A model generated the notes under the pieces. The model had not been told where the DNA came from and ran no database searches. It saw nothing but the letters and a program-made list of their open reading frames with translations. Shown here piece by piece: positions 48,182-57,478 of a stretch of DNA of 64,000 bases. The DNA comes from a virus. Taxonomy: Duplodnaviria > Caudoviricetes. Position 1 is the stretch's first letter. The number at the start of each line of letters is the position of its first letter. The stretch covers positions 224,001 through 288,000 of the IMG/VR virus record IMGVR_UViG_3300028887_000067; one strand, given 5' to 3'. The position numbers were made by a program, and so were the translations under genes.

Positions 48182-48423
48182 GGCGACAGCGTGTAATATC
48201 TCCCGTCCCTAGCTATCAATACAATAAATACATAGCACCTAGCGCCGGCGCGAACATGGTTGGGTGTATGAAATTTTAATCCGAGCACATTATATATACG
48301 GGTCCGCATTCTCCGTACGGACGAACGGCACCCGGCATATATCGCGTAAAGAGCCAGAAGATATCTAGCCTTAAATAAGCAATGGACAACGAGTGATACC
48401 ATCTTGCCTATCATGTGACCCAA
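48178..48423 (-). CDS. Short member of paralog family A
   Basis: IYAGCRSS; stop codon supplied by the IS end. Confidence 0.5.
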   Translation of the reverse strand: MGHMIGKMVSLVVHCLFKARYLLALYAIYAGCRSSVRRMRTRIYNVLGLKFHTPNHVRAGARCYVFIVLIARDGRYYTLSP

Positions 48424-48914
48424 ATTCCCTTCGACCGGTATTCCAGTACTAGTTGACGACGGGTTGCTTCGAGCTGACGCATAATCGTTTTATTCGGTCT
48501 CGCTATATCAATCTGGCTCCACTGGATATTGTTGATCAGTTCGCCGGAATCATCCTTCCACAATGCATAGGCAATGGAAACCGACTTGAACTCCATCGTA
48601 AAGCATTTATTCATATCTGACTCGAACTTCATGATGACCTTGGTGGCCTCGTAATAGTCTTTGCCTGGTACAATCAAGTCGAGACCGGTATGTATCTTCG
48701 TGAACGGGGGACCCTCGCGTACATCGGCGATACGATAGAACCTCTTCAGCGGTGCGTAATAAAACATTGCGCGGAAATGGTACCGTTTCGAGCCCCAGTT
48801 GAACACGCCGTATTTAAGCATATTCTGCACGGAATGGCGCAGTCCGGCGCATATAACCAGCCCGACCAATATCCACGCGGCTAACCTAAACGACACATAA
48901 CGCACGGGCATCAT
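48411..48914 (-). CDS. Membrane-anchored paralog family A
   Basis: ICAGLRHS; C-terminal LEYRSKG. Confidence 0.6.
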   Translation of the reverse strand: MMPVRYVSFRLAAWILVGLVICAGLRHSVQNMLKYGVFNWGSKRYHFRAMFYYAPLKRFYRIADVREGPPFTKIHTGLDLIVPGKDYYEATKVIMKFESDMNKCFTMEFKSVSIAYALWKDDSGELINNIQWSQIDIARPNKTIMRQLEATRRQLVLEYRSKGIWVT

Positions 48915-49356
48915 AAATCCACTTTCCTTTACTACGATATTCAATGACGGCTTTCTTCTTGGCGTTGTAAAACGGCAGAAGAAACCATGTTGATATCGTG
49001 ATGTACGACGTTATACGGCTGTACTCATTATCAGTAACAAATACCAATACATGCGGGTCGGATGGGTAACCCAATGCATCATTGACCGATTTGGCGAACA
49101 ATTTGGCCGTTGTTATGGCTTCCCACAGATTGGCTGCCATTATGATGATATCCAGCTCGTCGGTAAGTTCACGGAATGCTCCATTGCACACAAAGCCTGA
49201 ATATATACGGTATGTTCCTCCGCGCCTCTTATGGAATATTACCCCGTGAAACTTGTACTGAACCAATCTGGTATCGTATATATGCGTAACCAGCCTCCGA
49301 CACGATCTAAAGATTCCGGCCACTAAAGCCAACAATGCAAGGAAAACCTTAATCAA
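48886..49356 (-). CDS. Membrane-anchored paralog family A
   Basis: VAGIFRS; IEYRSKG. Confidence 0.6.
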   Translation of the reverse strand: MIKVFLALLALVAGIFRSCRRLVTHIYDTRLVQYKFHGVIFHKRRGGTYRIYSGFVCNGAFRELTDELDIIIMAANLWEAITTAKLFAKSVNDALGYPSDPHVLVFVTDNEYSRITSYITISTWFLLPFYNAKKKAVIEYRSKGKWIYDARALCVV

Positions 49357-49906
49357 GCCGCGCCTCCTTAATTAATTCCTTGGCGCATTCCTCTGGCGAT
49401 CGCTCGCCACAGGCGACTTGCCTTAACTTTGCGTGGTTAGCCACAGCGTATGCGCTTACCGCCTTGATAAGGCGCATCATTCGGGGACTGACGCTCCGCT
49501 CCGGCGATTGCGACGGCCAGTACCCCCCCTGCCACATACGAAGTTTCCTATTATAGAAATAGGCTCCGCAACTAACGGTTGCGATGTGGTATGGAGCTAT
49601 TTCCCTCCTGATTCGTAATAATGATAAAGCCGCATTGACTACATCATTTAAGCCAGTTAACGTAGCTAATTTCTGGTTATCGTTGATAACTAATATTTCG
49701 GTGCCCTTAATTGGATGGACAATAATCGAAGTCTCTGTGATAAGTTCTAACACTATTTGGCGCAACGACAATATTGTCTCCGACGTGTTGGACGGGAGTT
49801 GGAATGGCAACGATTTGCTGCCCATCAGATACTTGGCCCGGTTCCGCAACGCGGAAACGATGCCGGCACACAGTACCCCCGCCAATATGAATAACCTAGT
49901 CATCAC
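49349..49906 (-). CDS. Membrane-anchored paralog family A
   Basis: LCAGIVSALR. Confidence 0.6.
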   Translation of the reverse strand: MMTRLFILAGVLCAGIVSALRNRAKYLMGSKSLPFQLPSNTSETILSLRQIVLELITETSIIVHPIKGTEILVINDNQKLATLTGLNDVVNAALSLLRIRREIAPYHIATVSCGAYFYNRKLRMWQGGYWPSQSPERSVSPRMMRLIKAVSAYAVANHAKLRQVACGERSPEECAKELIKEARLD

Positions 49907-50373
49907 CTATCTTGCTCCCCGTATTTTCTGCCCGCCCGATATTCCATGAGTATCCGTTCCGGATTGTTGTTCATCTTCTCGATTACAGCCAACATTGCGT
50001 CGAACTCGGCCGGCTCGATAATACGGCATACGTAGATCATGTAATTGATTGGTATAACATCGATATGCTCGCGATATATACACATCTCCTCGTGTATCCT
50101 GGCAAGCTGGTCGATCATCGCCTGATGTATCACATTGCTATAAGGAAAACACTTGATGTTTATGGCGGGGAATGACCGCCAGTTGCGGTCTCTCACGGCG
50201 CATGTTTCGCCACTCTGATTAATAATGACGACTTTGTAACGGATCGACTTATCCGCGACCAGTATCCGCCACCCAAACTTGGTCAGCGCACGGATGCCGG
50301 AAAATACGCCGAGCGCCGCCGAAAAGGCGAGCGCGGCCAGTTTTCCGTAAAATTTGATGTCTCGGAACTTCAT
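49903..50373 (-). CDS. Membrane-anchored paralog family A
   Basis: FSGIRAL; MEYRAG. Confidence 0.6.
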   Translation of the reverse strand: MKFRDIKFYGKLAALAFSAALGVFSGIRALTKFGWRILVADKSIRYKVVIINQSGETCAVRDRNWRSFPAINIKCFPYSNVIHQAMIDQLARIHEEMCIYREHIDVIPINYMIYVCRIIEPAEFDAMLAVIEKMNNNPERILMEYRAGRKYGEQDR

Positions 50374-50436
50374 TTCGACATCAAATATAGCTATTCGCCG
50401 TTACATATGCTATATTTCGGCACAAAGGAGATCTAT

Positions 50437-50991
50437 ATGGATATCAGCGCTATGTTTACCAGGGACGACGCTATACAAGCAATAATGAAGGCCGCCGAAC
50501 TTCCTACGGACGCGTATTCCGTAAAAAACAACACGTCCAATGAACTGTCATACGTATACAAGGATTCGGGACGCTTGTTCATTGAGGCCGCAGGTGACCT
50601 CGAGAACAACAGCGGAATGACCATCCAGCTGTATGAGCCGAAATTAAAGAAATACTGGTTCCGTGACACCGAGACGTTTGACCAGCTCCTGCCGCTCATC
50701 GTGAAACACGTCCGCGCCCTCCACCTCTACTGCAAGTCCGAGATCAAGATAAACAACGGCACGTTCAAGGTCATCGTGCAGGACCTTCGCGAAACTACGA
50801 ATTCCATCTGTGGACGCCTGAGTTCACCGAACGGATTGTGGACGGTAAGATACCGCCAGGGTTCCATATACCTGGACAACCCGGACCTATTCCCCGAACA
50901 GATGTCCGACTATACCTACATGGTGCATCAGTTCTTCATCCCCGCAGTGAAAGAGCTCACGGCGAAGGACAAGAATGAAACGGACGTATAA
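50437..50991 (+). CDS. Hypothetical protein
   Basis: TGCTATATTT, AAGGAG RBS. Confidence 0.7.
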   Translation: MDISAMFTRDDAIQAIMKAAELPTDAYSVKNNTSNELSYVYKDSGRLFIEAAGDLENNSGMTIQLYEPKLKKYWFRDTETFDQLLPLIVKHVRALHLYCKSEIKINNGTFKVIVQDLRETTNSICGRLSSPNGLWTVRYRQGSIYLDNPDLFPEQMSDYTYMVHQFFIPAVKELTAKDKNETDV

Positions 50992-51256
50992 GGACAGGCG
51001 CGACAAGAAGTTGCGCCGTATGCTGATGGAATACGACAAGGTCAATCACGGCGCAGGAGCCGACGTCCTGAGGAAGTACGGGGCGGACACCGACGACCTG
51101 CACAGCGCGATCAGGGAAACCTGTTCCGTACCGGGCCCGGCCGACAACAGCAGGGCGGCCTACCGGCACGAAATACGTTCCAACAAGGAAAGGGCGCTAT
51201 CCAAGTACGAGCGCCGAGAACTGGAAGAAGCAATCAACGATGAGGAAACCACATGA
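50975..51256 (+). CDS. Small charged hypothetical protein
   Basis: Overlaps both neighbours. Confidence 0.55.
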   Translation: MKRTYKDRRDKKLRRMLMEYDKVNHGAGADVLRKYGADTDDLHSAIRETCSVPGPADNSRAAYRHEIRSNKERALSKYERRELEEAINDEETT

Positions 51257-52455
51257 GCGAAGACGCCAAGCCAAACGACAAAATGAACGCATGTACTACC
51301 GACATCATAGACCCGTCGTCGGTAATGAAAAATGACCCGACTTTCTGCGGGTCTACATTGCAACAGGGAATGCCCGACCCCCGCACCGCCGAGCCCAAGG
51401 AATCCTTCCTGTTCGGCGGCGTTGTAAAGAATATGACGTTTCGCGATGACGATATAAACCTTGTCGGCCGCCTAATCACGTTCTACAACTGCCGCTTCGA
51501 GGGCGATATCAATATCAATGCCGAAGGGTGCGCATCAATCGCGTTCAAATTTTGCTCGTTTACCAACAGCGTTACCATCAATTTGAAAAACGGGACGAAT
51601 TTGTTTATCGACGACTCTGACGGAAACAACATCTCCATAAAGGCTCGTGATGATTCCATTACATGCGCCCGTATACACAATACTCGGCTATCTCGCCTTC
51701 GTATGTCGCACATACAAACGGTCCACATCAGCAAACGCATCCCTGTGAGCGTAGAAATAGCATACTGGAGCAACGTCACCATATACGACATAGTCAATGA
51801 GTTCAAATGGAGCTCCTTGTGCCTGAATTGCTCCATCGGCGAAGCCGACCTTTCACTGCACAATGTCGACATGAATAATCGTGGCTGGATTGGGATCTAC
51901 GACTCCCTTTGCAAGATATACGCGAACCACGGGTCGAAAATCAATGTTCTCCGCGCCAACAAGTCGTGCATCAAGAAACTGTCCTTGACCGACGCGAGCG
52001 TCCACATCCTGGCGGGCAATGATTCTCTTATCGACCACTGCGACATGGTCGAATACGCCGGCGCGACCCAATCCCACGGCTTCCCCGAAATTCCGATGAC
52101 CCTGTACAAGAAGGTGAAACTGAAGACCTACACCCTGTTCGGTAAATTTGTCGGCGTGGGGCCGGCAATCGTCAAGCTGGAGGTGCCCGAACACGCCATC
52201 AAGCATTTCTCCATCGGCTCCAATAACAAGATACGCGTGTCCGAGGCGATGCCGGTCGCCGTGCTCGACATCACCGGAAGCGAGATCCGACTGCCGTGGC
52301 GCTACCGAATCACTTCATTGTTCGACCCCACGTACGAGTACCGGATCGGACGGACCGCAGTCCCGAATCGCCCCTTCGACGACTCCGACGCCACCTGCGC
52401 TTCCGGAATCCACGGATTCCTCGACATTAAATCTGCCGTCGAGTATACAGGATAG
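51253..52455 (+). CDS. Beta-solenoid plus DUF5758-like C-terminal domain, paralog B1
   Basis: LYKK, IVKLEVP, KIRVSEA, PFDDSDATCASGIHGF. Confidence 0.75.
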   Translation: MSEDAKPNDKMNACTTDIIDPSSVMKNDPTFCGSTLQQGMPDPRTAEPKESFLFGGVVKNMTFRDDDINLVGRLITFYNCRFEGDININAEGCASIAFKFCSFTNSVTINLKNGTNLFIDDSDGNNISIKARDDSITCARIHNTRLSRLRMSHIQTVHISKRIPVSVEIAYWSNVTIYDIVNEFKWSSLCLNCSIGEADLSLHNVDMNNRGWIGIYDSLCKIYANHGSKINVLRANKSCIKKLSLTDASVHILAGNDSLIDHCDMVEYAGATQSHGFPEIPMTLYKKVKLKTYTLFGKFVGVGPAIVKLEVPEHAIKHFSIGSNNKIRVSEAMPVAVLDITGSEIRLPWRYRITSLFDPTYEYRIGRTAVPNRPFDDSDATCASGIHGFLDIKSAVEYTG

Positions 52456-52457
52456 CC

Positions 52458-53660
52458 ATGTCAAGCGAAAGTAACAAGACAATAAAGATAAAGAACAAGC
52501 GCGATGTCTTCGTCGACGGCGGCGCCGGCCTCGCGAACTATGTATCGAAGTTCTTTGAAACGGTCGGACACGGCGACGAGGAGAGGACCATCTGCGTGTC
52601 CGACACCACCTTCGTCGTGAGAAACGACCAGTCCCATTTCTTCATCCCCGGCACGCAGGTCAAGTTCCTCAGGTGCAAGTTCAATTGCATCGAACTCCTC
52701 ATGGCGAACCAGTGCGTGTTCCAGAACTGCATCTTCGATGCCGACACCGTAATCTCGATGGTCCACGACAAGAAGATCTCCCTGGTCGGCTGTACGAAGG
52801 GATCGCTGATCCGCTTCACCTCGTACTACCCAAGGGCGGAGCTCGTCATCGACGGCGTCAACCGCTCGGTCTCCCTCGGCATATCGGCGACCGGCTTCGG
52901 CAAGGTGACCATCGCCAACCTTTCCGACCCGCTGGACGGCGTCCTGATCGAGAAGACCGGCGAGGTGGTGTTCGACCACGTGTGCATGTATGGCAGGACC
53001 CAGCCCGACTGCGCAATACGCATCAACGATATGAACGGCGCCGACGACAGGGGGTTGACGTTCATCGAATCGACCATCAACGTACCCGTCCTCGTCCGCG
53101 ACTCGTTCGTCAACATATTCGCCAGGAACCATTCCACGGTCAACTACCTCGAGGTGGACCTCTCCATGCTGAAACGCATCTGGGTCGAGCTCAAGTGCGC
53201 CGTGAACACGCTGAAGACGTTCCGCAGCACGTTCGCCTCGAACCGCGTCGGGCCGGGCAAGGCCAACCTGTTCCCCACCCAGTCCAGCGGCTACGACACG
53301 TTGCCGGAAATATTCATCTACAAGAAGGCCGACCTGTATCTCGGCCCGTGGTTCCTGCCGTCATGGCTCTGCATCAAGACCCGCCACCAAGTGATAGTGG
53401 AACTCCGCGTCCCCGAGGGGGCCGGGCGCCACGCGTCCATCGACGGCAAGATCAGGGTGGAACGCGCCAAGGTATTCGCCTTCCGCTACCTCCAAGGGAA
53501 GGTCGGCCCGTTCCACTCGGTCCGCAGCTTGCACTACCCGAATTTCACGTACAGGATGTGCAAGGACGTCCGGCCCGACGAGCCGTTCGACAACTCCGAC
53601 AACACGTGCGCCTCCGGGATCCACGGGTTCCTCTCCCTCAATGAAGCGCTCAACTACTAG
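52458..53660 (+). CDS. Paralog B2 (DUF5758-like)
   Basis: IYKK, KIRVERA, PFDNSDNTCASGIHGF. Confidence 0.75.
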   Translation: MSSESNKTIKIKNKRDVFVDGGAGLANYVSKFFETVGHGDEERTICVSDTTFVVRNDQSHFFIPGTQVKFLRCKFNCIELLMANQCVFQNCIFDADTVISMVHDKKISLVGCTKGSLIRFTSYYPRAELVIDGVNRSVSLGISATGFGKVTIANLSDPLDGVLIEKTGEVVFDHVCMYGRTQPDCAIRINDMNGADDRGLTFIESTINVPVLVRDSFVNIFARNHSTVNYLEVDLSMLKRIWVELKCAVNTLKTFRSTFASNRVGPGKANLFPTQSSGYDTLPEIFIYKKADLYLGPWFLPSWLCIKTRHQVIVELRVPEGAGRHASIDGKIRVERAKVFAFRYLQGKVGPFHSVRSLHYPNFTYRMCKDVRPDEPFDNSDNTCASGIHGFLSLNEALNY

Positions 53661-53668
53661 GATGACAT

Positions 53669-54961
53669 ATGGAAGAAATTAGCCTTTCGAAGAAAAAGTG
53701 GCCGAAGGACCCCGAACTGGTCCGGAAGACCGACCCGCAATTCCGCGGATCGACCCTGGAATACGACTACTGCGAGACGCATTGCGTCACCGACGACGGC
53801 TTTGCCAGGGTCGTCGACGAACACGCCATGGTGGATGTCGACGACGACCACAACCCGATCGTCGTCATCCGCGACATGGTGTTCGCCGGACGCATCTACG
53901 TTACCCTGGACGGCACCAAGTTCGCGTCCAAGATATACCCCCACCGCGTCGTGTTCAGGAACTGCGTGTTCCAGATGGACCTCGGCCTCCCGCCCGCGAT
54001 CTACGTAAGCTCGACCACCGTGTTCGCCGACTGCTCGTTCAGCCCGAATACTATCGTCCACGCCGGATGTCGCTCGAACATCACCTTCCGCTACCCCTTC
54101 AGCGCATCGATGGAAGTGCGCGGGACGGAACCGGTCGAAATGCTTCCCGGCACCAGAGTGTCCTTCGACCACGCGGACGGCGTCAGGGACCTCCACATCA
54201 ACTACGTGAGGGAAGCCACCATACACGACGGGACGGCGCCCTACTGCGTCCAAGCCTACGCCTGCTGCAGACTGACGCTCGCCCGTCTCGGCCCGAACAG
54301 CCATCAGAAAACGTCGGTCAGCTTCGACAATGCAGCCGGGTACCGCCCGCAGCTGTCCTTCGACAGGTGCTCTCTCGACCCGTCTGTGTCGACCGTGAGC
54401 GTAAACGACTCGGCGGACTGCGGCGTGTCGTCCGTCGAATCGGAGCTCGGGTGCCTCCACGTGGTCGACAGCGTCCTCAGGTCGTTCAACCTCGAAAGGG
54501 GGTCCATACGCGTCCTCAGCGCGACCAACTCCATCTGCAAGCTGTGGGAAGGCGACCCGCCGGGCTTCGCGGCGTCCATCAATTCCCTCGGCTTCCCCGA
54601 GACCCCCGCCGTCCTGTACAAGAAGGTCCGCATCGACTACCACGACGGGAGGCCGGCGCTACGCACCCTGCTCAAGCTCGAGGTCCCCGCCGGCGCCCTC
54701 AAGTGCTACAGCAGCTACAACACGGGAACCTGCGGGAAGATACGCGTCTCCGAGGCGAGGGTCGTCGCCATGGTCGACTCCGACGGCAACCCCCACAGGA
54801 AGCCGTTCCTCTCGTCGCTCTCCAGCATCCACGACCCCAACTTCAAGTACAGGATAGGCAAGACCGTCCGCCCGAAGACACCGTTCCTCGTGGCCGACGA
54901 GGTCTGCGCCCCCGGTATCCACGGGTTCCTCTCCGTCGAGGAAGCGGCAAACTACGAATAG
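53669..54961 (+). CDS. Paralog B3 (DUF5758-like)
   Basis: LYKK, KIRVSEA, CAPGIHGF. Confidence 0.75.
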   Translation: MEEISLSKKKWPKDPELVRKTDPQFRGSTLEYDYCETHCVTDDGFARVVDEHAMVDVDDDHNPIVVIRDMVFAGRIYVTLDGTKFASKIYPHRVVFRNCVFQMDLGLPPAIYVSSTTVFADCSFSPNTIVHAGCRSNITFRYPFSASMEVRGTEPVEMLPGTRVSFDHADGVRDLHINYVREATIHDGTAPYCVQAYACCRLTLARLGPNSHQKTSVSFDNAAGYRPQLSFDRCSLDPSVSTVSVNDSADCGVSSVESELGCLHVVDSVLRSFNLERGSIRVLSATNSICKLWEGDPPGFAASINSLGFPETPAVLYKKVRIDYHDGRPALRTLLKLEVPAGALKCYSSYNTGTCGKIRVSEARVVAMVDSDGNPHRKPFLSSLSSIHDPNFKYRIGKTVRPKTPFLVADEVCAPGIHGFLSVEEAANYE

Positions 54962-54967
54962 CGAGAC

Positions 54968-55297
54968 ATGAAGACGTACACAGAGAAGAAAGCCCTGGAA
55001 CTGCTCGCGCTGCCGTGTCTCGGCTACCACACGTATTCCCCCGACGGGAACGAGTTCGACTGCGAATACCAGGCCGAATGCATCTGCGAGGACTGCATCT
55101 GCAACTTCGGCGAATGCCACGGCCACATCGACCCCAGGACGAACCACCACGTCTCCCAGAAAATCCTCGACAAGATGCGGGAAATCTACTCCTTGCCGTT
55201 CCGGCGGATGAAGGACAACCCGCTGCCCCCAGAAGAGTTCCGGAAGTACCTAGAAGACCTCCAATACTGGAAATATCCCACGCCGTACAGAGGGTAA
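54968..55297 (+). CDS. Small Cys-rich protein
   Basis: DCEY..ECICEDCICN..CH. Confidence 0.6.
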   Translation: MKTYTEKKALELLALPCLGYHTYSPDGNEFDCEYQAECICEDCICNFGECHGHIDPRTNHHVSQKILDKMREIYSLPFRRMKDNPLPPEEFRKYLEDLQYWKYPTPYRG

Positions 55298-55300
55298 CCC

Positions 55301-56608
55301 ATGACCAAGAAAAAGACAGACACCAAAGAAGACAGCGCCGTCCTCCTGGACGACAGCCTCCCCTTCGACACGTTCCTAAAAAAGCACGCCCGCGTGGACA
55401 GCTTCCTCTTCCAGGAAGAGAGCTGGCGTTCCGGCGAAGTCCCGAAAGGCCTGGCCAAGGCGTACACCCTGCCGGCCTTCATCGTCGAGAACCTCACCCT
55501 GATGTCGAACGACATCCGCATCGAACCCGGCGACAAGTCCCGCCCCGTCGTCTTCAGGAACTGCACCTTCCGCCCCGTCCTGAACAAATGCACGACGTTC
55601 GTGCGGATCGCCGAGGAGAGGAAGGCTGAGTTCGTCGACTGCAGGTTCGAGGCGCCGCACAGGACCTGCTTCACCGTCGAATCAGGCGCCGACCTCAACC
55701 TCACCCGCTCGAAAACCGAGTCCACGATACTCGTCGAGGGGATGGGCAACTCCGACGTCAGGGTGGACGACTGCGACATCTTCAATTTCCTCGTGATGTC
55801 CGTCTACCGCATCAACTTCGTCTCGAGACTCCCCTACTCGGTCGACATCGAACAGGCCTCGTACGTACAGGTCTCCGACGTGGACGAGTCGGACCCCAGG
55901 TTCGAGTCGGCGCACCCGTGTCTCTCCGTCTGGAACGGGAAGGACGGCGCGTTCTCCACTGTCCGTTTCTACGACTCCGCCCTATCCGCAAAAAGGGTCG
56001 TTTCCATCCGGGACTCCGTATACTCCGTCTACTGCCTGCGTTCCCATATACAGGTCCTCGACATAGAGCAGTCGCTCATAAGGCAGCTCTATACCCCCGA
56101 TTCCACGATACGGATGCTCAGGACGGCCGACTCGACCCTCGTCGAGCCCTGCGGCAAGTCCGTGGAGAACGCGGTGCGCTCCTGCGCCCCCGCGAGGTCG
56201 CACGGCTTCCCCGACCTGCCCATGGTCCTGTACAAGAAGGCCGTACTCCGTATCCCTAGCCGAAACCCATTCTCCCGAAAATGCGCCCGCAGCGAGGAGG
56301 TCATCGTCAAGCTGTCCGTCCCCGCCTCGGCCAGGAAACGCTACGATACCTCCTACAGGAAGATAAGGGTCTCCGAGGCCGTCGTCACGGGCCTGTACAA
56401 CCTGAAGAACGAAGAGCTGACCCTCCCTGCCCTCGGTCGCCTCCTCGGACGCTACGAGGTCCACTCGTTCAGGGACACCTCCTTCAGGTACTGGCCGAAC
56501 AAGACGGTGAAGCCGTCCCTCCCGTTCGACGACTCCGACAACACGTGCTCCTCCGGGATCCACGGGTTCCTCGACTTCGAGGACGCCGTCAACTACAGCA
56601 TCTGGTAG
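55301..56608 (+). CDS. Paralog B4 (DUF5758-like)
   Basis: LYKK, KIRVSEA, PFDDSDNTCSSGIHGF. Confidence 0.75.
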   Translation: MTKKKTDTKEDSAVLLDDSLPFDTFLKKHARVDSFLFQEESWRSGEVPKGLAKAYTLPAFIVENLTLMSNDIRIEPGDKSRPVVFRNCTFRPVLNKCTTFVRIAEERKAEFVDCRFEAPHRTCFTVESGADLNLTRSKTESTILVEGMGNSDVRVDDCDIFNFLVMSVYRINFVSRLPYSVDIEQASYVQVSDVDESDPRFESAHPCLSVWNGKDGAFSTVRFYDSALSAKRVVSIRDSVYSVYCLRSHIQVLDIEQSLIRQLYTPDSTIRMLRTADSTLVEPCGKSVENAVRSCAPARSHGFPDLPMVLYKKAVLRIPSRNPFSRKCARSEEVIVKLSVPASARKRYDTSYRKIRVSEAVVTGLYNLKNEELTLPALGRLLGRYEVHSFRDTSFRYWPNKTVKPSLPFDDSDNTCSSGIHGFLDFEDAVNYSIW

Positions 56609-56878
56609 CGGACACGTCACCCAGTACCCCCCTACCCCCCGTACCCCCCAAATTTTTTTTGAAAACGGGTCACTGGGCATGCGTTTTTACGTGGGTAGGG
56701 CCCGACGGCACCCCTATATGAATATGCCGAGACCCCCCAGCATATAGTATGCTCCGGTCGATTTTCCGCACCGGGGCTTTTGATTTTTTTGTTTTTTCGT
56801 ACCCATGAATAATTTTTGAAAAATTTCCCCGCCCCTCTTCCCCTGCCTCTCCCTTGCCTCCCTCTGCCCCCGTTGTCC

Positions 56879-56973
56879 GACCCTGCCAGGCCCTGCCGGT
56901 TCCGGCAACCCCCGGCACACCCCTGCCAGACCCATGCCAGACCCATGCCAGACCCATGCCAGACCTTGCCGGA
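56879..56973 (+). repeat. 10-11 bp tandem repeat CCCATGCCAGA
   Basis: Three exact copies at 56931-56963 plus about four degenerate copies. Confidence 0.85.
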
Positions 56974-57137
56974 GCCGGCCCGCCTGGCCACCGGCCGCGA
57001 GCGTAAACCCCCACCAGAAAAAGGTGCCCGAATGTGCCCTACGGCGGTTTCGGCCACTACCGATCCGGGTCCGGGGTTCCTCCGGGTCGGCATCGGGATG
57101 GACGTGAGGACACAACCCCCTCGCATCGGAGTTGACT

Positions 57138-57293
57138 ATAGCAACGTGTGACATTGACAAGTTCTTCGACGACCTCGTGGCGAACGGAGCCAAGGAGCTG
57201 GATGCAGACAGGTACTTCAGGTGCCTGCGCAGCGGCATAAAGCCCCAAATGGCGGTGAAGATTTCCGCCATCCGCACGTCGCGTAAAGGTTAG
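57138..57293 (+). CDS. 51-codon ORF with ATA in the start position (possibly pseudogenised)
   Basis: Follows motif copy 1; GGAGTTGACT-ATA mirrors GGAGTTAAGCT-ATG. Confidence 0.45.
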   Translation: MATCDIDKFFDDLVANGAKELDADRYFRCLRSGIKPQMAVKISAIRTSRKG

Positions 57294-57478
57294 GCGCTTG
57301 TAATGGACATTTGGGCATATACGGCGGTTTCCCGCCGTATATTTTTGCCCTTCCGGCCTGTGCCACTGCCGGCCCGTTGCCGGGGCTCCTCAGCGCCCCC
57401 ATCGGATGTGTGTAAGGCGAAAGGCCGAGCACCGAACGGGTGGCGGTAAGGTTCCACCCCTCTCAAAGGAGTTAAGCT

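Noticed and set aside
48178-48423. Gene truncated by the IS
   Set aside because: The reconstructed empty site has a stop at the same codon
51253-56608. Diversity-generating retroelement suggested by the similar 3' ends
   Set aside because: No reverse transcriptase or non-coding template repeat; differences are not adenine-specific
56771-56780. Tenth copy of the CCGGGG motif
   Set aside because: Lacks the upstream CC box and the CAT box at the fixed distance
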